DNA from: an uncultured Lachnospiraceae bacterium
GTDB lineage: Bacteria > Bacillota > Clostridia > Lachnospirales > Lachnospiraceae
Direction of reading: 5' to 3'
NCBI GenBank assembly: GCA_964586425.1
Contig: CAZPHI010000004.1
Coordinates: forward strand, 6,956 to 70,955
DNA: 64,000 nucleotides
Positions 28,122-38,283 of the stretch are shown here, piece by piece (the first letter of the stretch is position 1; every line of letters begins with the position of its first letter). A program made the translations under genes and the position numbers. Under the pieces are notes generated by a model, which saw nothing but the letters and a program-made list of their open reading frames with translations, had not been told where the DNA came from and did no database searches.

Positions 28122-28901
28122 ATGATATTTGAAACGCATGCACATTATGATGATGAAGCATTTGACCAGGATAGAGACGAGCTTATTGCATCAATGCCGG
28201 ATAATGGTATTGAATGCATTGTAAATGTTGGAGCGAACATGGACACTTCAAGAAAAAGTATTGAGCTTGCTGCAAAATATAGTTATGTATATGCGGCGGT
28301 TGGTGTTCATCCATCAGAGACAGGAAGGCTAACAGAAACAGATATGCAATGGCTTCTTAACGAAGCGAAAACTAATCCCAAGGTGTTAGCGATTGGAGAA
28401 ATTGGACTTGATTATTATTGGACAGAGGATAATCCAGAAGATAAGGATGGTCAGAAAAAGTGGTTTAGACGCCAGATTGAGTTAGCAAGGGAAGCAAAAA
28501 AACCAATAATGATTCATTCAAGAGATGCTGCACAGGATACTTATGATATTATGAAAGAGATGAAGACGGATGAGATAGGTGGAATAGTACATTGTTTTTC
28601 ATACTCAAAAGAGATGGCAAAACAATTCTTAGACCTTGGCTTCTATCTTGGTATAGGTGGCGTAGTAACATTTAAGAATGCCAGAGTTGTTAAAGAAACT
28701 GTTGAAATGGCTCCAATTGAGAGAATAGTACTTGAAACAGATAGTCCATATCTTTCACCAGAACCAAATAGAGGAAAAAGAAATAGTTCACTTAATATTC
28801 CATATGTTGCAAAGAAGATTGCTGAGTTAAAGAATATGGAATATCAGGATGTAATTGATATTACTACTCAGAACGCTAAAAGATTACTTTCACTTTCATA
28901 A
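28122..28901 (+). CDS. TatD-family metal-dependent hydrolase/DNase
   Basis: MIFETHAHYDD, EIGLDYYW, IHSRDA, HCFS, LETDSPYL. Confidence 0.93.
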   Translation: MIFETHAHYDDEAFDQDRDELIASMPDNGIECIVNVGANMDTSRKSIELAAKYSYVYAAVGVHPSETGRLTETDMQWLLNEAKTNPKVLAIGEIGLDYYWTEDNPEDKDGQKKWFRRQIELAREAKKPIMIHSRDAAQDTYDIMKEMKTDEIGGIVHCFSYSKEMAKQFLDLGFYLGIGGVVTFKNARVVKETVEMAPIERIVLETDSPYLSPEPNRGKRNSSLNIPYVAKKIAELKNMEYQDVIDITTQNAKRLLSLS

Positions 28902-29023
28902 ATTAATATATTTACATTTCGTTAACACAATCGAAAGATAAGTTCTGCTATAATATACACATAGCTAATAAAAAACGATAATAATCTACAAATTATCAGT
29001 TACTAAGATAACTGGAGGATAAT

Positions 29024-29704
29024 ATGAGTAATAGCAATATTAATATAAATAACAAAATTTTGATTGTTGAAGATGAAAAACCTATCTCGGATTTGATTGT
29101 AATGAATCTGAAAGTAGCAGGATATGACACAATTACGGCATATGATGGTGAAGAAGCAAAGAATATACTTCTAGATGAGCCTATGATAGATTTGGCATTA
29201 TTTGATGTGATGCTTCCCAAAATAGATGGCTTTGAATTATTGGAATATGCTGTAAAGAGGGAGATACCAGTAATATTCCTTACTGCGAAGAATGATATTA
29301 ATTCGAAGATAACAGGGCTTAAGGGTGGTGCTGAGGATTACATTGTAAAACCATTTGAACCATTAGAGCTTCTAGTTAGAATTGAAAAGATACTTGATAG
29401 ACAGGGAAAGCTTAGTACACAGCTTAACTTCAAAGATATAACGGTTAACACAAAGGACAGGATTGTATGTAAGAAAGGACAGCAGGTTAATCTAAAACCA
29501 CTTGAATTTGATATTCTTGTAATGCTTATAAGGAATAAAAATAGAACAGTAACCAGAGAGAAGCTTCTGTCGGAATTATGGGGAACGGATTATATTGGAG
29601 AAACCAGAACCCTGGATGTGCATATGGCACAGGTTAGAAAAAAATTAGGACTTCATGATAATATAGTTACAGTCCATAAAACAGGTTACCGATTGGAAGA
29701 GTAA
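29024..29704 (+). CDS. OmpR-family response regulator
   Basis: Receiver domain (ILIVEDE...DVMLP...LTAK) plus a winged-helix output (LEFDILVMLIRNKNRTVTREKLL...VHMAQVRKKL). Confidence 0.93.
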   Translation: MSNSNININNKILIVEDEKPISDLIVMNLKVAGYDTITAYDGEEAKNILLDEPMIDLALFDVMLPKIDGFELLEYAVKREIPVIFLTAKNDINSKITGLKGGAEDYIVKPFEPLELLVRIEKILDRQGKLSTQLNFKDITVNTKDRIVCKKGQQVNLKPLEFDILVMLIRNKNRTVTREKLLSELWGTDYIGETRTLDVHMAQVRKKLGLHDNIVTVHKTGYRLEE

Positions 29705-29739
29705 CTAATTATTTCTACATATGATCAGGGAGGAATACA

Positions 29740-31224
29740 ATGCATTTTTCAATAACGCTAAGAACGAAGATTACTATATTCTTTATCCTGACTCTTGTAG
29801 TAGTAGTATATGCCTTTAATATGCTTGTTATGGAGCAGGCATGGCAGCAGACGATAGATATTAGGAAAAGTGATACTACTGATGCTCTTGCAGATGAACG
29901 TACAAAATTCATATCATTGATGAATGAAAGTGGATATTATTACAGCAGTAAAGATGAGACAATATATTATTATTCCAATGAAAAGACGGCAATAGATGAC
30001 AGTAACAGATATGTTATGGAATTGCTTGCAAAGTATTATTTTCAGCAGAATTCAAAAGCAGGAATGATACTTATGAGAGGCGATGAAACAATATATAATA
30101 ATACATTCGTTAATCCTTATGAAACATTCCAAAAAGTGAATACTTCTGAAGAAAAAAGTATAGAGATTAAGAATGCCGGAGAATATTATATACTTGCAAA
30201 GCAGGATACAGGCTTTGAAAACTATACAATATACTACGCAAACGAAAGTACAAGCCTATATGATAATATGAATAATCAGGAACGCAGGGCATATCTTATA
30301 CTTATTTTTAGTATAGGACTTGGAGTTATAGGAATTATATTCTTTATGAGGCAGTCCTTTGCGCCATTGGATGAGTTAAAGAAGAACGCTAAAAAGATTG
30401 AAAATGGTGATTTTGACTGCAGATGTGAGATTAAAAGATATGATGAGGTCGGAATTGTTGCCAATTCATTTAACGAGATGACCGATGCGATTCATCTATA
30501 TATAGACAAGCTCAATTCCGCTCTGGAACAGCAGAAGCTATTTATCGCAGGTGCAACTCATGAGTTCAAAACACCACTTACATCACTGATTGGATATTCG
30601 GATACATTAATTAATACAAAGCTTGATGAAGAATCAAGAGATATTGCACTTAACTATATTAACAAAGAATGTAAGAGACTTGAAAAACTGATTCAGAAGC
30701 TAATGACTGTGCTTACAATTAGTGGTAATGAACAGATAGATAAGGAACCAGTATACATAGAAGATTTGTTTAAAAACCTGCAGGAGATATTAAAAGAAAA
30801 CAGCAGAATCCGTCAGGTTAACACAGCATTTGTCAATAATAATGCAGGATATATAGAAGGCGACAAGGATTTGCTTATAAGTGTTATGGTTAATCTGATT
30901 GACAATGCAATGAAGGCATCATTGCCTGGAAATGTTGTTAACATTGAGGCGGGAAGATGTACAGATAAGAATGAGGCTGTGTATATAAAAGTAATTGATC
31001 ATGGCGTAGGTATTCCTAAAGAAAGCATAGAACATATAACTAATCCATTCTATATGGTTGATAAATCAAGGAGTAAGAAGCTTGGTGGAACAGGACTTGG
31101 ATTGACACTTGTATCTGAAATTGTAAAGGTTCATGGAGCGGTTATGAATATAGAAAGTGAATCTGGAAAAGGTACATGTATTACGATTATATTCGCTGGG
31201 GAGGAATCACATGATAAGATATAG
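29740..31224 (+). CDS. Sensor histidine kinase (TM, extracytoplasmic domain, TM, HAMP, HisKA, HATPase)
   Basis: H-box ATHEFKTPLTSL, N-box NLIDNAMKA, G-boxes DHGVGI and GGTGLGL. Confidence 0.92.
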   Translation: MHFSITLRTKITIFFILTLVVVVYAFNMLVMEQAWQQTIDIRKSDTTDALADERTKFISLMNESGYYYSSKDETIYYYSNEKTAIDDSNRYVMELLAKYYFQQNSKAGMILMRGDETIYNNTFVNPYETFQKVNTSEEKSIEIKNAGEYYILAKQDTGFENYTIYYANESTSLYDNMNNQERRAYLILIFSIGLGVIGIIFFMRQSFAPLDELKKNAKKIENGDFDCRCEIKRYDEVGIVANSFNEMTDAIHLYIDKLNSALEQQKLFIAGATHEFKTPLTSLIGYSDTLINTKLDEESRDIALNYINKECKRLEKLIQKLMTVLTISGNEQIDKEPVYIEDLFKNLQEILKENSRIRQVNTAFVNNNAGYIEGDKDLLISVMVNLIDNAMKASLPGNVVNIEAGRCTDKNEAVYIKVIDHGVGIPKESIEHITNPFYMVDKSRSKKLGGTGLGLTLVSEIVKVHGAVMNIESESGKGTCITIIFAGEESHDKI

Positions 31225-32557
31225 AAAAATCAGAATGATAACTATGCTTTGTCTCCTTATAATGGTTATGGCCGTATTAGGTGGATGTGGTAACAATGTA
31301 TATGATGCAGTAAGCTACAATAATGAGAATGGCGCTGAGAATGTAGGCGCTAAGTTAAAACAGGCAGGTGGCGGTGTACATATAACGTCTGTTGATAAGG
31401 TAATTGATATGGAGATACCAGAATTTTACAGGACCTCAATTGCCAATAATGACAACACGGTTAATTTATTCTCATCTACCTACATCTTCAAACCGAATAC
31501 AAATAAAGTAAGTTCATATAGCATGGCGGCGAGAAATATATCAACAGAAGAGATAGAAAACTGGAAGAGCATGTATATGGCGGATGTCGATATTGAATTG
31601 ACTGATGCAACAGATGCGGATGACAGCCTAAGGGATATAGCATACTATAATGAAGTTAATGATGAATATGGTTTGGTTGGAGTTACAAGGTGTTTAGAGA
31701 TTAATAATCCTGAAGATGGATGCAATTCGTATATTAGATATACAGCATTTCCAGGGAATATCAGGTTAAGTCAGGAAGATTATGATATAGTTCCGGATGG
31801 TGTGATGAACATTAAGTACGAGAGTGGCGATACTTCAGATTATGTGTTATCAAATCTAGCAACAGAAAAGATTGAGTTGACACAGTATGCTGCAAAGCTG
31901 CAGGCAATGGATGTGGCTAAGCAGTTGGTAGGAGATGATTTTTCGCTTAGTAATCAAACGAGTGCATCTATCTATCTTCCGTCATCGCAGATTGTTGATG
32001 ATGCGGGCAATGCTGTGTATCAGGATTACAGGTGGGTACGTGGTTATGACTTCTATTTTGGAAGATACATGAATGGTTTGGGATATAACTATGCACGTGG
32101 CAACGATTATTCTGAAAACGAAGATGGATATAGTGATAACTGGCATGAGGAATATTTTCATATATTTATTTCAGAAGATAATATAAGTATTGTAGAGTAT
32201 ATGAATGCGGGCGAGATAACAGAATTAATTACTAATCAGACTAAGATGCTGAAGTTTGGGCAGATTAAGAATGTATATGAGCAGATGGTAATTACAACGC
32301 ATGCTAATCTTATACGTAGACAGAGCATTAATAGTGAGGCACCTGTGAAGGGACAGCTTTGTCAAATTAATGTGGAACAGGTAAAGCTCGGATATATGAT
32401 GGTTGTTGATACTAATGATACAAAGAAGGCATATCTTTTGCCAGTGTGGGATTTTTATAAAAGGTATGATGTGACAGATGAAGACAGGTATATTCTGTCG
32501 TCGCTTACAATTAACGCGGTGGATGGCAGTATAATTGATAGAAATAGAGGCTTCTAG
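31211..32557 (+). CDS. Lipoprotein of unknown function, translationally coupled to the kinase gene
   Basis: Start ATG at 31211 after GGGGAGGAA overlaps the kinase 3' end (stop at 31222-31224). Signal peptide with lipobox VLGGCGNN. Confidence 0.7.
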   Translation: MIRYRKIRMITMLCLLIMVMAVLGGCGNNVYDAVSYNNENGAENVGAKLKQAGGGVHITSVDKVIDMEIPEFYRTSIANNDNTVNLFSSTYIFKPNTNKVSSYSMAARNISTEEIENWKSMYMADVDIELTDATDADDSLRDIAYYNEVNDEYGLVGVTRCLEINNPEDGCNSYIRYTAFPGNIRLSQEDYDIVPDGVMNIKYESGDTSDYVLSNLATEKIELTQYAAKLQAMDVAKQLVGDDFSLSNQTSASIYLPSSQIVDDAGNAVYQDYRWVRGYDFYFGRYMNGLGYNYARGNDYSENEDGYSDNWHEEYFHIFISEDNISIVEYMNAGEITELITNQTKMLKFGQIKNVYEQMVITTHANLIRRQSINSEAPVKGQLCQINVEQVKLGYMMVVDTNDTKKAYLLPVWDFYKRYDVTDEDRYILSSLTINAVDGSIIDRNRGF

Positions 32558-32618
32558 ATTTTTGCATAATAAAGGTGTATAATACAGGAATGTATTTTTA
32601 GTAGATTGGTGAGTAATT

Positions 32619-33434
32619 ATGCAGAATGATTTTTTTGATATTGAGAGTAGATTAAAAGATGGGTGTACATCAATTGAAAAGTATCAATTTTCCGGAGACG
32701 AAAGCATTAGATATATTAGTATCCCGGAAAGGATTACCGAAATTGGTGCACACGCATTTTTTGACTGCGCTAATTTGTATAGAATTGATATGTATGATCG
32801 AATAACAGATATTAATGATGGAGCTTTTAAAAACTGTGATAAATTAAGTGAGATTAATATTACCAGAGTTCCAGGCGGAAGTTTGGCTTGTTTGAAGGAT
32901 ATGTTATATGAGTGTAATCAGGAACTGAAGATAACAATACATTATGAAGATGGAGATGCACTGCTTTTATTTCCATATTATTTGCATGACTTTGATGAGA
33001 ATACACCGGCTAGAATTGTTACGCAGGTAACAGTTGGATCGGGAATGCATTATCGTGAGTGTGTGAGCCGCAAGGAAATTAATTACTTTGAGTATGATAC
33101 AGCATTTAACATTGAAAAAAGTATTGATGTATGCGAATCAGCGTATAAGATTGCGCTGTATAGAATTAATTATCCATACAAGCTGAGTATGGGGCTCAAG
33201 GTTAAGTATATTGAATATCTTGAAGCAAATAGGCTGGAAATAGGCAGACAGATTATTGATAATGTGGATATGGACAAGTTGGAACTTTTGCTTAATTGCC
33301 CAATATGGAATAGAGAATCAATGGCAGAATTAATTGAGATGGCAAGAACTAAAGGACGTATGGAATGTGTCAATGTTCTTATGAGATGTCAAAAGGAAAA
33401 GTTTGGAGCAGTAAAGAAGGTATTTGATTTTTAG
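32619..33434 (+). CDS. Cytoplasmic leucine-rich-repeat (BspA-type LRR) protein
   Basis: ISIPERITEIGAHAFFDCANLYRIDMYDRITDINDGAFKNCDKLSEINI are BspA-like repeats. No signal peptide. Confidence 0.75.
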   Translation: MQNDFFDIESRLKDGCTSIEKYQFSGDESIRYISIPERITEIGAHAFFDCANLYRIDMYDRITDINDGAFKNCDKLSEINITRVPGGSLACLKDMLYECNQELKITIHYEDGDALLLFPYYLHDFDENTPARIVTQVTVGSGMHYRECVSRKEINYFEYDTAFNIEKSIDVCESAYKIALYRINYPYKLSMGLKVKYIEYLEANRLEIGRQIIDNVDMDKLELLLNCPIWNRESMAELIEMARTKGRMECVNVLMRCQKEKFGAVKKVFDF

Positions 33435-33457
33435 TGTTAATGAAAGCGAGAAAGTGA

Positions 33458-34831
33458 ATGGAAGATAGAGGCGTTAATGCGAATGATAATACGCATGATA
33501 CTGCGCGGGCGAATGAGTCGTTGTGTATTGAAGTATTAAATTCAGTCAGAGATGAGCTGTATATTGCTATGCGTTATATGTATGTACCATTAAATAGTGT
33601 GAATTATGTAATGGACAGAAGAAGCACATATATGGGATGTGATGGCAGCTCTATATATTATAATCCTACGATAATGCTTCAACAGTACAAATTTAATCCT
33701 AATAATGTATGTCGAGCATATCTGCATATGATTCTTCATTGTATGTTTCGACATCCGTTTGATGAAGTTGAAAGAAATGAGGAGTTATGGAGTATCGCAT
33801 GTGATACTGCGGTGGAATATATAATAGATGAGCTTCCGCATCAGTGCATACGAAAGCTTATGAGCGATTACAGAGAGCTGACTTATGAAAGGCTGAAATC
33901 ATTAATGCCGGTAGTAAGTGCGCAAAATATATATAATTATCTGACAACACTGGATCAGTTGGCTGTATATAAGATGGGGGAAGAGTTTCTTGTTGATGAC
34001 CATCAGTTCTGGAAGAGTAAGAAGGAAGAAAAGGAACAGCAGAAACAAAATCAACAGAATGATAATCAGAATGATGACAGGGATTCGGAACAAAAACAAC
34101 AGCAGAAGAAACGTTGGAAATCGATAAGCTCAAAGGTGGAGACAGCGCTTGGAACATATGAGCGTAATATTGGTGATGAAAAAATGAGTATTATAGAGCT
34201 ATTGGCATCGGCTAATGAGAATCGTCCAACGTATAGAGATTTTCTTAGGAAATTCGCAGTTATTAGAGAGATAATGGATGTAGATATGGATGCATTTGAT
34301 TATGGTTTCTACAATTATGGAATGCAGATGTATGGAAATATGCCTCTTATTGAGGAACTTGAGTATAAGGATGAGGCAAGAATTGAAGATTTTGTAATTG
34401 TGCTCGATACATCAGGTTCATGTTCGGGTGAATTAATTCAAAGATTTGTGGATGAAACATATCAGATTCTGTCCGAAACGGAAAGCTTTTTTGATAAAAT
34501 TAATCTGCATATAATTCAATGTGATAATGAGGTACAGGAGGATATCTGTATACACTCAAGAGAAGAACTTGAACAGTATAAGGATAATTTTGAGGTAAAG
34601 GGTTATGGTGGTACTGATTTCAGACCGGCATTCGAGTATGTGAATGAGCTTATCAGAGAAAAGAAATTCAAACGCTTGAATGGTCTGCTTTATTTTACGG
34701 ATGGACACGGAGTATATCCTGGTACTCAGCCTGGATACAAAACAGCATTTATCTTTGTAAGAACAATGGGACAGGTTATGGATGTGCCAGCATGGGCGAT
34801 GAAGCTTGAATTAGATGATACACCACTATAA
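33458..34831 (+). CDS. DUF2201-like protein: N-terminal metallopeptidase-like domain (HxxxH, no Glu), Q/N/K-rich linker, C-terminal VWA domain
   Basis: HMILH at 33725-33739. MIDAS DTSGS at 34406-34420, with downstream GGTDF and FTDGHG. Confidence 0.8.
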   Translation: MEDRGVNANDNTHDTARANESLCIEVLNSVRDELYIAMRYMYVPLNSVNYVMDRRSTYMGCDGSSIYYNPTIMLQQYKFNPNNVCRAYLHMILHCMFRHPFDEVERNEELWSIACDTAVEYIIDELPHQCIRKLMSDYRELTYERLKSLMPVVSAQNIYNYLTTLDQLAVYKMGEEFLVDDHQFWKSKKEEKEQQKQNQQNDNQNDDRDSEQKQQQKKRWKSISSKVETALGTYERNIGDEKMSIIELLASANENRPTYRDFLRKFAVIREIMDVDMDAFDYGFYNYGMQMYGNMPLIEELEYKDEARIEDFVIVLDTSGSCSGELIQRFVDETYQILSETESFFDKINLHIIQCDNEVQEDICIHSREELEQYKDNFEVKGYGGTDFRPAFEYVNELIREKKFKRLNGLLYFTDGHGVYPGTQPGYKTAFIFVRTMGQVMDVPAWAMKLELDDTPL

Positions 34832-34864
34832 TAGTAATATAATCTTAGAATATTGGAGAAAACT

Positions 34865-36394
34865 ATGGACATTAAAAGAGCAAAACAGGAAATTATAGAT
34901 ACGGTACAGGCATACTTAAGAAAGGATGCAAGAGGACAGTATGTAATACCGTCATATCGTCAGCGTCCGGTTATGCTGATGGGTGCACCTGGTATTGGTA
35001 AGACTGCAATTATGGAGCAGGTGGCAAGAGACTGCAATATTGGTCTAGTGTCATATACTATGACTCATCATACAAGACAAAGTGCGTTGGGATTGCCATA
35101 CATTGACAAGAAGACTTACCAGGGAAAAGAGTATTCGCAGACGTCATATACGATGAGTGAAATCATTGCTTCTGTTTATGAAAAGATAGAGGCGACGGGT
35201 TGTCCGAATGGCATCCTTTTTATTGATGAGATTAACTGTGTATCAGAGACACTGGCACCAGTTATGCTTCAGTTTTTACAGTGCAAGACTTTCGGTAATG
35301 CTAAAGTGCCGGAAGGCTGGGTAATTGTCGCAGCGGGTAACCCACCAGAATATAATAGAAGTGTAAGAGAATTCGATGTGGTAACGCTTGACCGTGTAAA
35401 GATGATTCATATAGAACCTGATTATAATGCGTGGAAACAATATGCATATGAGAATAATATACATGGTGCAATTATGGCGTATCTTGAAGCAAAGCAAGAG
35501 AATTTCTATTCAATAAAGAATACTGTTGATGGAAAGCAGTTCGTAACAGCAAGAGGATGGGAAGATTTGTCTAATATTATGTTGGTTTATGAGGAGATGA
35601 AGATTAGCATTGATGCTCAGTTGATAGAGCAATATGTGCAAGATCCTGCAATTGCAGTTGATTTTGCGAATTTCCTTGAATTATATTATAAGTATGAGAA
35701 GGCTTATAATATTGATGACATAATTAACGGAAATTATGCGGATGGACTTGTGAAAAAGATTAAAGAAGGTGCATTTGATGAGAAAATAAGTGTTGTTGGT
35801 ATGATTATCAGCAGGCTGAATAAGATATGCATGGAAGAGTATCTGTTTGATCAGATTACGACTAAGGTTTATGAGGTATTAAAGTATTACAATTCAAAGA
35901 TTATGCAGGATGTTGATCTTCATGCTCTTGACTGCTTAAAAGAGATTGCATCTGATAGAAGATTACGATACAATAAGTCAAAGGAAAATGGAATGCTTGG
36001 TGGAATTAAGGAGCTCACAGAATTCGATGTACTTTCATATATTGATAGTTATGTTGCAGTACTTTCACAGGCTATGCTGGAGAATGCGCAAGGCGAAGCT
36101 GTTACGGCTGCTGAAGCATTTGAAATAGTGAGAAATGAGTTTGTTAAGTTATCACAGCAGCGTGAAGATAAGATTGAGCAGGCATCAACTTCATTAAATA
36201 ATGCATTCGATTTTTGTGACAAAGCATTCGGACAAACGCCTCAGATGGTTTTGTTTGTAACTGAACTTGCAGCAGGATTCTATACACTTAAGTTTATTCA
36301 GGATAATGGATGTGAGCGTTATTACAGTTATAATCAGGATTTTAGCGGAGATGACAGAAGAAAGAAATTAATGGAACAGATTACAATAAATTAA
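34865..36394 (+). CDS. MoxR/AAA_5-type AAA+ ATPase with a ~250-aa C-terminal extension
   Basis: Walker A GAPGIGKT (34982-35005), Walker B LFIDEIN, AAGNPPEYNR...LDRV. Start set at the ATG at 34865 (GGAG 7 nt upstream); the longest ORF begins at the TTG at 34853. Confidence 0.85.
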   Translation: MDIKRAKQEIIDTVQAYLRKDARGQYVIPSYRQRPVMLMGAPGIGKTAIMEQVARDCNIGLVSYTMTHHTRQSALGLPYIDKKTYQGKEYSQTSYTMSEIIASVYEKIEATGCPNGILFIDEINCVSETLAPVMLQFLQCKTFGNAKVPEGWVIVAAGNPPEYNRSVREFDVVTLDRVKMIHIEPDYNAWKQYAYENNIHGAIMAYLEAKQENFYSIKNTVDGKQFVTARGWEDLSNIMLVYEEMKISIDAQLIEQYVQDPAIAVDFANFLELYYKYEKAYNIDDIINGNYADGLVKKIKEGAFDEKISVVGMIISRLNKICMEEYLFDQITTKVYEVLKYYNSKIMQDVDLHALDCLKEIASDRRLRYNKSKENGMLGGIKELTEFDVLSYIDSYVAVLSQAMLENAQGEAVTAAEAFEIVRNEFVKLSQQREDKIEQASTSLNNAFDFCDKAFGQTPQMVLFVTELAAGFYTLKFIQDNGCERYYSYNQDFSGDDRRKKLMEQITIN

Positions 36395-36422
36395 TGATTT
36401 TTACCACAGAAAGGACAGGTAA

Positions 36423-37307
36423 ATGGGCAATTACGATTCAATAAAACACCTTGGAAATCCGACAAATACATTGGAGATTATTAAAAAGTATGGGTTCGCA
36501 TTCCAAAAAAAATTCGGACAGAATTTTCTGATTGATGCTAATGTTGTTGAAAAAATTGTGCGTGAAGCAGGAGTGACAAAGGATGATTTTGTATTAGAGG
36601 TTGGTCCTGGAATTGGAACAATGACGCAGATTCTATGTGAGAATGCACGTGAGGTTGCAGCAGTTGAAATTGATACAAACCTGATACCTATTCTTTCTGA
36701 AACACTTGGTGGTTACGATAATATCACAGTTATTAATCAGGATATATTAAAGCTTGATATTGCAAAATTAGCTGATGAAAAGAATGATGGTAAACCAATT
36801 AAAGTTGTTGCAAATCTTCCTTACTATATAACAACACCAATCATTATGGGGCTTTTTGAAAGCCATGTGCCACTTGATAGTATTACAATAATGGTTCAGA
36901 AGGAAGTCGCAGACAGAATGCAGGTGGGTCCAGGAACAAAGGATTATGGAGCACTTTCGCTTGCGGTTCAGTATTATGCAAAACCAGAGATAGTGTTAAC
37001 TGTACCAGCAAGCTGCTTTATGCCTCGACCTAATGTCGATTCAGCAGTTATAAAGCTTACAAGATATACGGAGAATCCAGTTAGCGTCAAGGATGAAAAA
37101 CTAATGTTCAGATTAATTAGGGCATCTTTCAACCAGCGCCGTAAGACACTTGCCAATGGACTTAGTAACAGTGGCGAATTATCGTTGTCTAAAGAAACCA
37201 TTGCACATGCAATTGAGGCGGCAGGCTTTTCGGCAAGCATTCGTGGAGAAGCACTTACACTCGCTGAATTTGCGAAGCTCGCAGACATCATCACCGACAT
37301 GAAATAA
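36423..37307 (+). CDS. rsmA: 16S rRNA (adenine1518/1519-N6)-dimethyltransferase
   Basis: KKFGQNFLID, VLEVGPGIGTMT, NLPYYITTPI. Confidence 0.95.
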   Translation: MGNYDSIKHLGNPTNTLEIIKKYGFAFQKKFGQNFLIDANVVEKIVREAGVTKDDFVLEVGPGIGTMTQILCENAREVAAVEIDTNLIPILSETLGGYDNITVINQDILKLDIAKLADEKNDGKPIKVVANLPYYITTPIIMGLFESHVPLDSITIMVQKEVADRMQVGPGTKDYGALSLAVQYYAKPEIVLTVPASCFMPRPNVDSAVIKLTRYTENPVSVKDEKLMFRLIRASFNQRRKTLANGLSNSGELSLSKETIAHAIEAAGFSASIRGEALTLAEFAKLADIITDMK

Positions 37308-37398
37308 TATTTTGGCAAAACTATTATGAAACAGGTATTAATTGGCAAGCTGATTCATACTATTCCATTAAGAGGTTATTAGGAATAGGAGGGTCAGC

Positions 37399-38283
37399 TT
37401 GCTTGATTTTAGTCGATTAGTTTCATATCTCTATATATATGAACAGGATAATAAGGGAAAATGCGTTGGCCACGCAAAGGTTATGGTGCCGGTCACGGGA
37501 GGTAAAGCGGAAATAAGAGCAGAAATAAAAGGGGTATACGAAAATGTACCTGTTGATTATAGTGCATATGCCTTGAGTCATTATGCTAAAGGTGCAGATA
37601 CCGAAAGCAAAGAATTATACCGCTATCCGTTAGGAGAAGTTACAATTGCAGATGGTGTAGGCAAATTCTATGCACAATCAGATAAAGTTAATGAATTAGA
37701 TATCGAAAAAATAAGGGGATTATTATTCGTACATCCTGATAAAAGTAATTATATTGCAACTTTATATTATGATGAAGTAATTAAGGAAGAATATATAAAG
37801 GATATCAATGAGGTAGATGAATTAAAGAATGTAAGTCAAGAAGAATTCGTAGAAGAGTTGCAAAAAAATGAGCAATTAGAAGAGCAATTAGAAGAGCAAT
37901 TAGAAGAGCAATTAGAAGAGCTGATAGAAGATAAGCCACGGGAAGAGGAATTGACAGAAGAGTCGCCAGAAGAATCACCGGAAGAGGAATTACCGGAAGA
38001 ACAGCTAGTTAGTGCAAATTCAATCAATGTTACGACATGCGAAAAATATAGTGATTGGCACAACATTTTTGATAAATGTATTAAAATGCCAATTTTTGAA
38101 GATGATAATTTTTACGATTGTGTAGAGCTTGATCTAGAACAGTTAAGGTCAATTCCGTTATCCGACATAGGAATAACAAATAATAGTTTTTTGGTGCATG
38201 GATTCAATAATTTTAAAAGAGGACATAGAGATGATTGCCGTAATCCTTACTTTGGTTATTGGTATGTGGAGATGTATATATAG
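37399..38283 (+). CDS. Hypothetical protein with an internal acidic EEQL/EE(S/L)P repeat region
   Basis: TTG start 5 nt after GGAGGG. 294 aa. The 3' end overlaps the convergent GNAT gene by 28 nt. Confidence 0.5.
   Translation: MLDFSRLVSYLYIYEQDNKGKCVGHAKVMVPVTGGKAEIRAEIKGVYENVPVDYSAYALSHYAKGADTESKELYRYPLGEVTIADGVGKFYAQSDKVNELDIEKIRGLLFVHPDKSNYIATLYYDEVIKEEYIKDINEVDELKNVSQEEFVEELQKNEQLEEQLEEQLEEQLEELIEDKPREEELTEESPEESPEEELPEEQLVSANSINVTTCEKYSDWHNIFDKCIKMPIFEDDNFYDCVELDLEQLRSIPLSDIGITNNSFLVHGFNNFKRGHRDDCRNPYFGYWYVEMYI
37870..37920 (+). repeat. Tandem 12-bp coding repeat (GAGCAATTAGAA x4.25) encoding (EQLE)n
   Basis: Four perfect consecutive 12-nt units can be read directly at 37870-37917, plus a partial unit. 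Confidence 0.9.

Noticed and set aside
37870-38000. Regularly spaced short repeats, checked as a possible CRISPR-like array
   Set aside because: The units are 12 bp and directly tandem with no spacers. They lie in frame within a CDS and encode EEQL repeats, so this is a coding microsatellite and not a CRISPR array.
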